A stretch of DNA of 64,000 nt from Macrostomum lignano. Its lineage: Eukaryota. How positions within the stretch are numbered: the stretch's first letter is position 1; the number at the start of each line of letters is the position of its first letter. The DNA is taken from the NCBI GenBank assembly GCA_002269645.1, contig NIVC01002838.1, forward strand, positions 72,315 through 136,314, in the 5' to 3' direction. Shown here piece after piece: positions 1 through 11,019 of this stretch. The notes under the pieces were generated by a model that saw nothing but the letters and a program-made list of their open reading frames with translations, was not told the origin of the DNA and did no database searches. A program made the position numbers and the translations under genes.

Positions 1-199
1 AAACAATAAGCAAAGATCACGAGTGGCGTATTTTGCTTATTGTTTACCTCTAGTACCGTATGTATAATCTCCCATTGTTACTTATGGTTTATCATACTAA
101 CAACGCTTCAGTCAAAGATTGATTGTTTAACGATTGTCTCACTCATATTGAATATTGTCGACAATTATGTCCAAAGCCACTAACTCGTCCCTTCGCCAG

Positions 200-483
200 T
201 CCGGGCAATTTAATCATCAGAAACCATTAGACAACTCTCTAATCATAGTCTCGGTCGAAGATGCTTCTGAAGCTGTTCAGTCCAAGGACTGGGGGGTCGC
301 CACACACACCCTCAATTACCCCAGTTAAACGCTGGTACCCATTTTACAGCTGGGTAAACTGAAGCAATGCAGAGTTAAGTGTCTTGCTCAAGGACACAAA
401 TTGTTCCAGGGGGGATCCGGAATCGAACCCCCGATCTTCCAGTCGTGAGTCCAACGCTCTGACCGCTGCAGGGCTGCAATCCC
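200..483 (-). mobile_element. tRNA-derived SINE with CORE-like central domain
   Basis: Minus strand reads GGGATTGCAGCC...AGAGCGTTGGACT...GGTTCGATTCC (tRNA-like head, perfect Pol III B box), then GTGTCCTTGAGCAAGACACTTAAC...CAGTTTACCCAGCTGTAAAATGGG, which closely resembles the CORE/MIR core. The 3' boundary is uncertain. Confidence 0.65.
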
Positions 484-1183
484 ACTGTGGCCTTAAGAAT
501 TATCAAATAATTCGATTATTTGATTTCCGTTGTTCTTTCCATCCAGGATGATAAAACGCCGTCGAATGACACATGTACCATTTTAACAAATGCCAGTTGG
601 ACAAACGTCAGCCATTTTTTAAACAACCTTTCTAAACTATCCTTATATTCTCGCTGGATATATGGGTTTAAAAAACTCACAATGTCTCTGTCTCTATCTA
701 TGGCATAAGCTGATGCTACAATGATCATTTTCTTTTAAGCTCGCACTACCATAGCTATAGCTGATGTTCTTAATCGCACACACAAATTATCTAGATTTAC
801 ACAGATTTGATTGCCAAATGTCCAACGAGTGGACTAGTTATACAGGACAGTTTATTGATGAAAAATAATATAATCAAACTTTTGCATTAAGTTTAATTTA
901 TTCCGCAAAATACTACTTAAAGTAAAAAGTCATTGCGTCTCTATTTATTCAAAAAAATCAATAAAATATTAATCGTTTTTTTCTACATGATTGTCGGCTT
1001 GAAAGCGACAAAAAAAATGAAAGTTGCATGTTCAGAATGATTTTTCAAATAGTAGCAGTAGAATAACTGGACTTTTGAATACGACCAGGTAATCATTGAA
1101 TAATATTGAGGTAAAGGTTTCTAGAAAGTGCTTTTTCGATACATATCGGCAATTGTTTTCATTATATTCTGGTTTAGTTATAA

Positions 1184-1375
1184 CTAAGCAGAGACGGTGC
1201 TGCGGCTGCTGAGCACGGTGACAATCTGCTCAAGTGGAATGTTGCCGTCCTCATCAGGTTCGAGCAGCTGGACCAGCTCCTCCACTTCGCTGGGGTCCAT
1301 TCTGTCGCCCAGACTCACCATGATGTAGCGGAGCTTGTCAACGTGTAGCTTGCCAGTGTCCTGCTCATCGAATAC
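1184..1375 (-). CDS. Calmodulin-like gene, terminal exon (EF3-EF4)
   Basis: Acceptor CCGCAG|GTATTC; 64 codons [10 protein letters not shown]...TVSA*; missed by the ORF track because it has no start Met. Confidence 0.85.
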   Translation of the reverse strand, partial: VFDEQDTGKLHVDKLRYIMVSLGDRMDPSEVEELVQLLEPDEDGNIPLEQIVTVLSSRSTVSA

Positions 1376-3958
1376 CTGCGGGTGACGGTTATGGGTGTTA
1401 GTTATAGACGTTAGATATGGGTGTTAGATATGTGTGTTAGATATGGATGTTAGATATGTGTTTTTATAATGGGTGTTAGATATGTGTGTTAGATATGGCT
1501 TTTACATAACAATGTTAGATATGGGTGCTAAATATGTGTGTTAGATGTAGGTTATGGATATATTCATGTATGTGTTAGATATGGATGTTAAGTATGGGTG
1601 TTACATATGAGTGTTAGAATGGGTGCTAGATATGTATGTTAGATATGAATTTTAGATATATGGGTGTTAGATTCAAGTGTTAGATATGGGTATTTTATAT
1701 GAGTGTTATATGTAGGTGTTACATATGGGTGTTATATATAAACGTTAGATTTGTTTTTTAGATACATGTGTGTATGAGTGTTAGATATGGGTTTTGGATA
1801 TGGGTGTTAGATATGGGTGTTAGATACAGGTGTTAGATATGCATGCTAGATATGTGTTGTTAGAAATGCACATATTTGTGTTGATAATATTCTCATAATT
1901 TGACTGTTAGACATGGAATGTTAAATTTGTTAATTTATTTATCTGTACCTAGGGTTGTACCTAGTTATACTTTCTAATAATCCATAAATCAATAAGCCAT
2001 CAAGCATTAGTCCCTCTCAGCCTTGTCAATATCTCAATTCCCCGCTGTCACAGCAGTGCAAGAGTCCCAATGCAATTAAAAACAGTTGACGGACCAATAA
2101 TTCCTGGAGTAATAATGGACTTTCCGCACTCACTTCTTTAACTACATGTATAGTTGATATTGTTATTGGTCCTTCTCTAGCAACCATTAGTTTTATAACT
2201 CCGTTCGAGTACCTCAATCAAAACTTACTGAGCAATTAGGAGTTAATTGAAGCTTAAAAGATAAGCCGGTTTCATTATTCTGATGGCCTCTTGCACGAAA
2301 TTCGAAATTCAAGTCTTTCCTGCCTCTCAAAGTGAGTCTTAGAAATTCCAGAGTTACTTGAAGTAGTCCACTGCGGCAAATGATACGAATTATCTAACAG
2401 GGAAATCTCCGTGTCTAAGACTCTAAGAGGTCTGCTTCGGTGTCTAACTCATTTTGAATTTCTAACAGGTGAATTGTAACTGCCTAACAGGTGAACTCTG
2501 TGAGCGTTTAACAGGTGAAGTCATCCTGAGTGTCTAACAGGTGACTCATCCTGAGTGTCTGACAAGTGACGCAACCTGAGTGTCTAACAGGTGACTCATT
2601 CTGAGTGTCTAACAGGTGACTCATCCTGAGTGTCTAACAGGTGACTCATCCTGAGTGTCTAACAGGTGACTCATTCTGAGTGTCTAACAGGTGACGCAAC
2701 CTGAGTGTCTAACAGGTGACTCATTCTGAGTGTCTAACAAGTGACTCATTCTGAGTGTCTAACAGGTGACTCATCCTGAGTGTCTAACAGGTGACTCATT
2801 CTGAGTGTCTAACAAGTGACTCATTCTGAGTGTCTAACAAGTGACGCAACCAGGGTGTCTAACAGGTGACTCATCCTGAGTGTCTAACAGGTGACTCATT
2901 CTGAGTGTCTAACAGGTGACTCATCCTGAGTGTCTAACAGGTGACTCATCCTGAGTGTCTAACAGGTGACTCATTCTGAGTGTCTAACAGGTGACGCAAC
3001 CTGAGTGTCTAACAGGTGACTCATCCTGAGTGTCTAACAGGTGACTCATCCTGAGTGTCTAACAGGTGACTCATCCTGAGTGTCTAACAGGTGACTCATT
3101 CTGAGTGTCTAACAGGTGACTTATCCTGAGTGTCTGACAGGTGACTCATTCTGAGTGTCTGACAGGTGACTCATCCTGAGTGTCTAACAAGTGACTCATC
3201 CTGAGTGTCTAACAGGTGACTCATCCTGAGTGTCTAACAGGTGACTCATTCTGAGTGTCTAACAGGTGACTTATCCTGAGTGTCTGACAGGTGACTCATT
3301 CTGAGTGTCTGACAGGTGACTCATCCTGAGTGTCTAACAAGTGACTCATTCTGAGTGTCTAGCGCGTCACTACCAGCCGCTCACCTTTAGAGCCTCCCGA
3401 ATCTGTGTCCCAGACTCTCCTTCGTTCATCTTCTTCATCATGAGGATGGTGAACTCGGCAAAGTCCAACTCTCCGTTGCCGTCAACGTCCACCTGCCTGA
3501 TGAGGCGCTGCACCTCGTCCTCCGAAGGATTCTGGCCCAGCGACCGCATCACGTCGCCGAGCTCGTTCGCCGAGATGGTGCCGCCCCCGTCGCGGTCGAA
3601 CAGCAGGAAGGCCTCGCGCAGTTCTGCAATTTCATCTTCAGACAGATCGAATTCGGCCTCCGATTTCATGCCTGACTGGGGAAGGTCAATCTCTACAGGT
3701 GGATTATAGTCGGAGTCGCTAATCCCCCAGCAACCGGAGGTTATATAACTGACTTACAGAGCCAATCAGCTTCTGGGCGAGAGAAATAAGGGAAGACAGC
3801 GAACAAAGAGGATATGGGTATGGAGTAGGAGGGGGGTGTTGATACAGATGTACTGCCAACTCAGACTCACGGATCCCAGTTTGCAAACAGACACCACCCA
3901 CAGGCTTCAGGCCTTCTGCCAGTTCTTTCTCGATCGTGTGGAATTTCTCATGCTCCAT
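1184..3958 (-). CDS. Calmodulin-like 4-EF-hand protein (spliced; 158 aa from Met at 3669, ~195 aa if the upstream exon is real)
   Basis: Exons 3871-3958 (tentative), 3385-3692 and 1184-1375 with phase-compatible GT-AG junctions. Translation ...[37 protein letters not shown]...[13 protein letters not shown]...IREALK|VFDEQDTG...LSSRSTVSA* aligns with calmodulin. Confidence 0.9.
1405..1875. repeat. Degenerate ~13-bp minisatellite (GTGTTAGATATGG)
   Basis: Repeated TGTTAGATA core visible directly; intronic. Confidence 0.85.
2400..3362. repeat. 25-bp minisatellite (TGTCTAACAGGTGACTCATCCTGAG)
   Basis: About 34 near-perfect units from ~2520, with a degenerate lead-in from ~2400; intronic. Confidence 0.95.
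3385..3692 (-). CDS. Calmodulin-like gene, EF1-EF2 exon
   Basis: ORF 3370-3669; donor AAG|GTGAGC at 3384; acceptor CTGTAG at 3693. Confidence 0.9.
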
Positions 3959-4094
3959 TCAGCTACTGGTTTCGTGTGTCTCTCATTTCTGTGATGCACT
4001 CTGGCAGTCGTCGCCTGAGTTCACCTCTCCCAGATCCTTATTTATCTACTCTCACTCTGCTCGTGAGGCACGACAGACAGTCTCTCTGTCGACT

Positions 4095-5320
4095 ACTATG
4101 TCTACCTCTCTATCTACCTGTCTTTCTACCTCTTTATCTACCTGTCTGTCTACCTCTCTATCTACCTGTCTTTCGACCTCTCTATCAACCTGTCTGTCTA
4201 CCTATCTATCTACCTGTCTGTCTACCTCTCTATCTACCTGTCTGTCTACCTCTCTATCTACCTGTCTGTCTACCTCTCTATCTACCTGTCTGTCTACCTC
4301 TCTATCTACCTGTCTGTCTACCTCTCTATCTACCTGTCTGTCTACCTATCTATCTACCTGTCTGTCTACCTATCTATCTACCTGTCTGTCTACCTCTCTA
4401 TCTACCTGTCCGTCTACCTCTCTATCTACCTGTCTGTCTACCTATCTATCTACCTGTCTGTCTACCTCTCTATCTACCTGTCTGTCTACCTCTCTATCTA
4501 CCTGTCTGTCAACCTCTCTATCTACCTGTCTGTCTACCTCTCTATCTACCTGTCTGTCTACCTCTCTATCTACCTGTCTGTCTACCTCTCTATCTACCTG
4601 TCTGTCTACCTCTCTATCTACCTGTCTGTCTACCTCTCTATCTACCTGTCTGTCTACCTCTCTATCTACCTGTCTGTCTACCTCTTTATCTACCTGTCTG
4701 TCTACCTCTCTATCTACCTGTCTGTCTACCTATCTATCTACCTGTCTGTTTAATTTTCTATCCACCTGTCTGTCTACCTCTCTATCTACCTGTCTGTCTA
4801 CCTCTCTATCTACCTGTCTGTCTACCTCTCTATCTACCTGTCTGTCTACCTCTCTATCTACCTGTCTGTCTACCTATCTATCTACCTGTCTGTCTACCTC
4901 TTTATCTACCTGTCTGTCTACCTCTTTATCTACCTGTCTGTCTACCTCTCTATCTACCTGTCTGTTTAATTTTCTATCCACCTGTCTGTCTACCTCTCTA
5001 TCAACCTGCCTGTCTACCTATCTATCTACCTGTCTGTCTACCTCTCTATCTACCTGTCTGTCTACCTCTCTATCTACCTGTCTGTCTACCTCTCTATCTA
5101 CCTGCCTTCTACCTCTCTATCTACCTGTCTGTCTACCTCTCTATCTACCTGTCTGTCTACCTCTCTATCTACCTGTCTGTCTACTTCTCTATCTACCTGT
5201 CTTTCGACCTCTCTATCTACCTGTCTTTCGACCTCTCCATCTATCCATCTCTATCTATCTATCTACCCGTCTGTCTATCTCTCTATCTACCAATTTTTGA
5301 CTGCTCTATCTACCTAACTG
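4095..5320. repeat. 24-bp minisatellite (TCTACCTGTCTGTCTACCTCTCTA)
   Basis: Tandem units visible directly; source of the STCL/LPV artefact ORFs. Confidence 0.95.
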
Positions 5321-5954
5321 CCTGACTGTCTACCCTAAAAATTAAGGTGGAAGTCTGGCCGTGCACAGTGCGTGCAGTATCGAAGCAGCATGACAAGTAT
5401 CAAAAAGTTGCAAAACGGAAGCACAGGAAACGAGAGTACACACGGGTAGATGAGGTGTCGAAAAGTCGAAGCTTTTAGCAGAATGACTGTTTTATTGTGT
5501 CGTTTTTATGATTCTTGGTCCTTCCCCCTCTTCTCCCAGAATTTGCATCGCAAGCATCCCCACCACTGCGCCAGTGGCTTCATCTGCAGTTTAATATCCC
5601 GATTTCATATACTTCAGCTCTCTCCCCAGCTTTCTTGTTCCTTCCTTCCTCCCATCCCAACCGGGAGATTTGGTTGGGAAAATTTCTGCTAAATGCAGAT
5701 CCAGCGCGAGGGAACAATGAGAGAATTGAGGAGGCTTGCAGTTTCGTTGGGTCTGGGGGGGGGGAGAATTCAGAGTTCGCCTCATCAGTCCGATAGGACG
5801 CAGGTTGTGACAAATGCTAAGCCTAGAGCAGACCGCACATAGTTCTCCCGCCTTTAATCTGGCTCGATCGATTGAGTAGACTGACGCGTGACTTTGGAGC
5901 ATGAATCTTTTATTTAAAGTAAAAAAATTGCTTAAATATAAAGACTGAGTAGGG

Positions 5955-7270
5955 TGAGTATCAGGTGAGGATTAGGGTGAGGATTAAGTGAAGATTAGGT
6001 GAGGATTAAGGTGATGATTAGGTGAGGATTAGAGTGAGGATTAAGTGAAGATTAGGTGAGGATTAAAGTGAGAATTAGGTGAGGATTAGAGTGAGGATTA
6101 GGTAAAGATTAGTTGAGGATTAAAGTGAGAATTAGGTGAGGATTAAGTGAGGATTAGGTGAGGATTAAGGTGAGGATTAGGGTGAGGATTAAGTGAGGAT
6201 TAGGTGAGGATTAAGGTGAGGATTAGGGTGAGGATTAAGTGAAGATTAGGTGAGGATTAAGGTGATGATTAGGTGAGGATTAGAGTGAGGATTAGGTAAA
6301 GATTAGGTGAGGATTAAAGTGAGGATTAGGTGAGGATTAAGTGAGGATTAGGTGAGGATTAAGGTGAGGATTAGGGTAAGGATTAATTGAGGATTAGGTG
6401 AGGATTAGGTGAGGATTAAGGTGAGGATTAGGTGAGGATTAGGTGAGGATTAGGTGAGGATTAAGATGAGGATTAGGTGAGGATTAGAGTGAGGATTATG
6501 TAAAGATTAGGTGAGGATTAGGTGAGGATTAGGTAAGGATTAAGTGAGGATTAGGTAAAGATTAGGTGAGGATTAGGTGAGGATTAGGTGAGGATTAGAG
6601 TGAGGATTAGGTAAAGATTAGGTGAGGATTAAGGTGAGGATTAGGTGAGGATTAGGTGAGGATTAGGTGAGGATTAAGGTGAGGATTAGGTGAGGATTAG
6701 GTGAGGATTAGAGTGAGGATTATGTAAAGATTAGGTGAGGATTAGGTGAGGATTAGGTAAGGATTAAGTGAGGATTAGGTAAAGATTAGGTGAGGATTAG
6801 GTGAGGATTAGGTGAGGATTAGAGTGAGGATTAGGTAAAGATTAGGTGAGGATTAAGGTGAGGATTAGGTGAGGATTAGGTGAGGATTAGGTGAGGATTA
6901 AGGTGAGGATTAGGTGAGGATTAGGTGAGGATTAATGTGAGGATTAGGGTAAGGATTAGGTGAGGATTAAGATGAGGATTAGGTGAGGATTAGAGTGAGG
7001 ATTAGGTAAAGATTAGGTGAGGATTAGGTGAGGATTAGGTGAGGATTAGAGTGAGGATTAGGTAAAGATTAGGTGAGGATTAGGTGAGGATTAGGTGAGG
7101 ATTAAGATGAGGATTAGGTGAGGATTAGAGTGAGGATTAGGTAAAGATTAGGTGAGGATTAGGGTGAGGATTAGGGTGTGGATTAGGGTGAGGATTAGGG
7201 TGAGGATTAGAGAGGGGATTAGGTGAGGATTAGGGTGAAGATTAGAGAGGGGATTAGGTGAAAACTAGGT
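5955..7270. repeat. 11-12-bp telomere-like minisatellite (GGTGAGGATTA)
   Basis: Tandem GGTGAGGATTA(G/A) units containing TTAGG and occasional TTAGGG. Confidence 0.95.
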
Positions 7271-7531
7271 GAGCTTTAAATTGCTGATTGATTTTTAATG
7301 CTGCCACTCGCACAATCAGCTCAGGACTTGAGTAAAGCTAAAAGCTTAGAGATAGTTCTCCCTCTTTATTAACAGTTTCAAAAGTTTTGTCTGTGGCACT
7401 AATTGAACCCTAATGCGGTTAAAAAGCTGCTGCATAATTTGAGAGGAATGTTAGTTGCTCTGTCAGTCAACAGTTGCTAACCGCTGTCTCAATTGCTTGT
7501 AGGAATCTCAGGTCATCTCGAAGCGACACTA

Positions 7532-10500
7532 ATGGCGTCCTCTCATGTAAGCCGGTAGTTCTTTAGTATTAAAACTGTTATAGTTTCATTCTCATGCTAT
7601 GACGATTCCCTCATAACCCCGTATCCTCTGCAGCCGAAATCCCTAATGACGGTGCAAGTTGGTCAAGCTGGGATACAAATTGGACATGCGGTGTGGGAGC
7701 TGTTCTGTCTGGAGCACAACATATCGGCAGATGGCACCCCGAAACTGCACTGTGGCGATCTCGGCAATGTGGAATCAGTGTTTGTGCCCACACCGAAGGG
7801 GCGCTACTTTCCCAGGAGCCTGTTTGTGGACACAGACCCCGCTTGCGTTGGTGAGAGGAGATGGGGTCTCAGGGTGAGAGTAGATAGGGTCTGAGGGTGA
7901 TGATAGTAGATAGGGTCTGAGGGTGAGAGTAGATAGGGTCTGAGGGTGAGAGTAGATAGGGTCTGAGGGTGAGAGTAGATAGGGTCTGAGGGTGAGAGTA
8001 GATAGGGTCTGAGGGTGAGAGTAGATAGGGTCTGAGCGTGAGAGTAGATAGGGTCTGAGGGTGAGAGTAGATAAGGTCTGAGGGTGAGAGTAGATAGGGT
8101 CTGAGGGTGAGAGTAGATAGGGTCTGAGGGTGAGAGTAGATAAGGTCTGAGCGTGAGAGTAGATAGGTCTGAGGGTGAGAGTAGATACTAGATAGGGTCT
8201 GAGGGTGAGAGTAGATAGGGTCTGAGCGTGAGAGTAGATAGGGTCTGAGGGTGAGAGTAGATAAGGTCTGAGGGTGAGAGTAGATAGGGTCTGAGGGTGA
8301 GAGTAGATAGGGTCTGAGGGTGAGAGTAGATAAGGTCTGAGCGTGAGAGTAGATAGGTCTGAGGGTGAGAGTAGATACTAGATAGGGTCTGAGGGTGAGT
8401 AGATAGGGTCTGAGGGTGAGAGTAGATAGGGTCTGAGGATGAGAGTAGATAGGGTCTGAGGGTGAGAGTACAATGGTTGAGTCCCTGGTAAGAGAAATAG
8501 GCTAAACGGTTCTCCGTAAATCATGAAGCAGGTAAATCCCAGCCAGGAAGTTCATAGCAAACTTTAATCGCAAAAAGTTCACCCGCCCTGAAACCGCCAC
8601 CAGACGAGATGCGCTCAGGACCCTACAAGCAGCTGTTCAGCTCCCGGCAGCTGCTCTCAGACCAGGTGGACGCGGCCAGCAACTACACAACTGGTCGCTA
8701 TGGTTACGCCAAGCGGCTGGTGCCGGACACGCTCGAACGACTGCGCTGGATGACTGAGAAGGCGGACTCGAAGCCGACGCTCTGTCTGGTGCACAGCGCC
8801 TGCGGCGGCACCGGCAGCGGCTTCGCCGTGGCCTGCCTCGCCAGGATGGCCGACGAACTGGGCATCGAGCCGCAGAACATCATCGATCTGTGCGTTGTGC
8901 CCGGCGTCTCCGCTGGCCAGAGCTCCTGCGAGCTGCTCAACACCGCCCTGTACCTGGACGAGTCGCAGGATCTGACCAGGCAGACCGTCTGCGTCTCCAA
9001 CTCGGCGATGTTCCGCCTGTGCAACTCGCAGCTGCAGTCGCAGGGGGCGGCCACCTTCGCACACGCCAACCGCGCCCTGGCAGCCGCCTTCAGCAACCTC
9101 ACCGCCACGGAGCGCCTGCCCGGCTCCAGCGTCGGCCTGTCCGGCATCCTGGACAGCCTGCTGCCGTTCCGTCACCTGCGCTACACCCTGCTAGCCTGCG
9201 CTCCTTTCCTCACCGCCGAGAGCGCTAGGACGGAGCGTCCAACCGCCAAGTCCGCCACCGCGGCCGTGTTGGAGCTGTCCAGCCAGTTCCTCGACGTTGA
9301 CCTCCGTCAGGGTCGCCACGCTGCCGGCTTCCTGTTGTACCGCGGCGACGCCAGTCTGGGCGAGGCGCAGAAGCTGGCGGCGGAGCTGACTTCCCGAGGC
9401 CGAGTGCAGTTCCAGGACTGGGCGCCTACCGGCTTCCGCACCGGCGTTGTGACGCCTCCGCCAGTTGCTCCGCCTGGCAGCGGCTTCGCAGACGTCCCGA
9501 TTTCCGCGACGCTGCTTGCCAGCCACTCTGGCATCTCCGACATCTTCGCCAAGCTGGCCGCGAGTTCTAGGAAGCTGCAAGACCGCGACATGTTCGTGCA
9601 CAACTACGAGGGCGCGATTGTGTCTCTGCTGAACAAAACGGTGGAGGGGAGCAACGCGGGGATGAATTTAGGGGCAGGCGGACCGGGGACCAACACGGAC
9701 TCGGACTCGCAGAAACCGACCAGCCTGGACTCGGCTTCGGCCGATAACAACAGCGTGCGAATGTGGATGAACCCGCCGGCGGCTCAGGCTGCGCTGGCTT
9801 CGGGCGGTGGTCGTGGTGAGCTGCAGAACTACCGGCGCAGGCGACTGACGTCCAGAGAGCCCGGAAGCCACGCCACCCAGAAGCCGCAGCAGCAGCAGCA
9901 AGAACAGCAGCAAGACGAGGAGGAGCCTCAGGTGTCGCGTACCTGCGCACTAAGCGACGTCTTCGGCGTTCGAGTCCGCCTATCATCGGCCATCGACTAC
10001 CTGCAGCGTGTGTCGATCAGCTACGCCGCCGACAGTCAAACCGACGCAGGTGACGCCGCCGATGTCGATGCTGCCGCAGTTGGCGACGACAATGACGTCA
10101 TCGAGGCGACTAACGGCGAGGAGGACGGCAAGGAGGACGAGGAGGAGACGGAGGGCGCCGACGAGAAGGATGGAGAGGAGGGCGAGCAGCGAGTGGATAA
10201 CAAGCTGCACGTGACCATCAATGATGTCGGCGGGATCGGCAGAGATCTGGAAAATGTCGACTCCAATCGGTAAGAGGTCGTGGGCACCCCATGGCGCAAT
10301 GCCTTTCGGCGAAATCGGTCCCGCAACCACCTCTGAGGCCAGATGCATTTACATGTAGCTTCTTACTCTGATACAAAAACACAGGTCCGTTAGCGGCCAG
10401 TCTGCCCAGTCTGACTCAAAGCAACAACAGCAACAAGCGGACGGGAACTCAGTCAGCGCAGAAGAGGAGCCGCAGGTTGAACCATCTCAGCAAAGCGAGC

Positions 10501-10715
10501 AGGCGGATCTCTCAGCCAGCAAAGACCCCAACGATCCTCCGGCGAACAACGCCAACCAGCAGGGCGAGTTGCCTGTCCCAAGCAGTCGTTGGTGTCTCCG
10601 ACGTCGCAGCAAGTCTCGCCGACCAGGCGAAGCCGCCGCCACCGCCGCCGCTGCCGCCGCCGCTGCAGCAGCCGCAGGAAAACACCCGCAATCGCTGAAG
10701 CCGAGAAAATTCTGA
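7532..10715 (+). CDS. Highly divergent alpha-tubulin-like protein, ~742 aa, 4 exons
   Basis: Exons 7532-7546, 7634-7850, 8604-10269, 10385-10715 (2229 nt, phases 0/1/2 consistent). Motifs VQVGQAGIQIG, PRSLFVDTDP, DAASNY, HSACGGTGSG, FQDWAPTGF and the alpha-type S9-S10 loop (VVTPPPVAPPGSG). Confidence 0.88.
7634..7850 (+). CDS. Tubulin-like gene exon 2
   Basis: Acceptor CTGCAG, donor TTG|GTGAGA; PKSLMTVQVGQAG...DTDPACV. Confidence 0.9.
7851..8470. repeat. 23-24-bp minisatellite (GTGAGAGTAGATAGGGTCTGAGG) filling tubulin intron 2
   Basis: The first degenerate unit starts exactly at the splice donor. Confidence 0.95.
8604..10269 (+). CDS. Tubulin-like gene exon 3
   Basis: Acceptor CACCAG; G|AC GAG ATG gives DEMRSGPYKQLF; donor CG|GTAAGA at 10270. 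Confidence 0.9.
10385..10715 (+). CDS. Tubulin-like gene exon 4 (Q/E-rich, basic and poly-Ala tail)
   Basis: Acceptor ACACAG at 10384; open in frame for 110 codons to TGA; GC-rich, exon-like composition. Confidence 0.7.
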
Positions 10716-11019
10716 TGAAGTACCAACGAAGTCTGGGCGGCCAATGACGCGATCACGTCGTGTTGGCGTTTTAAACTAACGAATTGTTAATTTCTGGTCA
10801 AAAAAATTAATGCAAAAACTAATATGACTTTTGTCTAATGGTTTTTAGTTTCGCCCAGACTGACCGAACGCAGCTATATTGCGCTGCCAACAAAGAAAAT
10901 ATATGAACAGCTGATACATTTCTTTGAAAGCGTTTGAGAATTTGAAATAGTTCAATTTTGTTGCTTTAGAAATTTGCCACATTCTTCGCCGTTCAAGTTA
11001 TCATCTCCACTGATCCCAC

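Noticed and set aside
400-483. tRNA gene
   Set aside because: B box is good but the A box and acceptor stem are degenerate, and it continues into a SINE body.
2520-3362. CRISPR-like appearance of regularly spaced repeats (also 33.0-34.0 kb and 43.5-47 kb)
   Set aside because: Units are directly adjacent with no unique spacers, there are no cas genes, and the context is eukaryotic.
3936-5325. 454-aa and 449-aa ORFs (STCL and LPV repeats), and likewise the ORFs at 19-21 kb, 23 kb, 25-31 kb, 43-44 kb, 47 kb and 50.6 kb
   Set aside because: All coincide with tandem repeats and show no domain or splice support.
8657-10348. Several overlapping antisense ORFs over the tubulin exon
   Set aside because: Expected shadows of a GC-rich coding strand.
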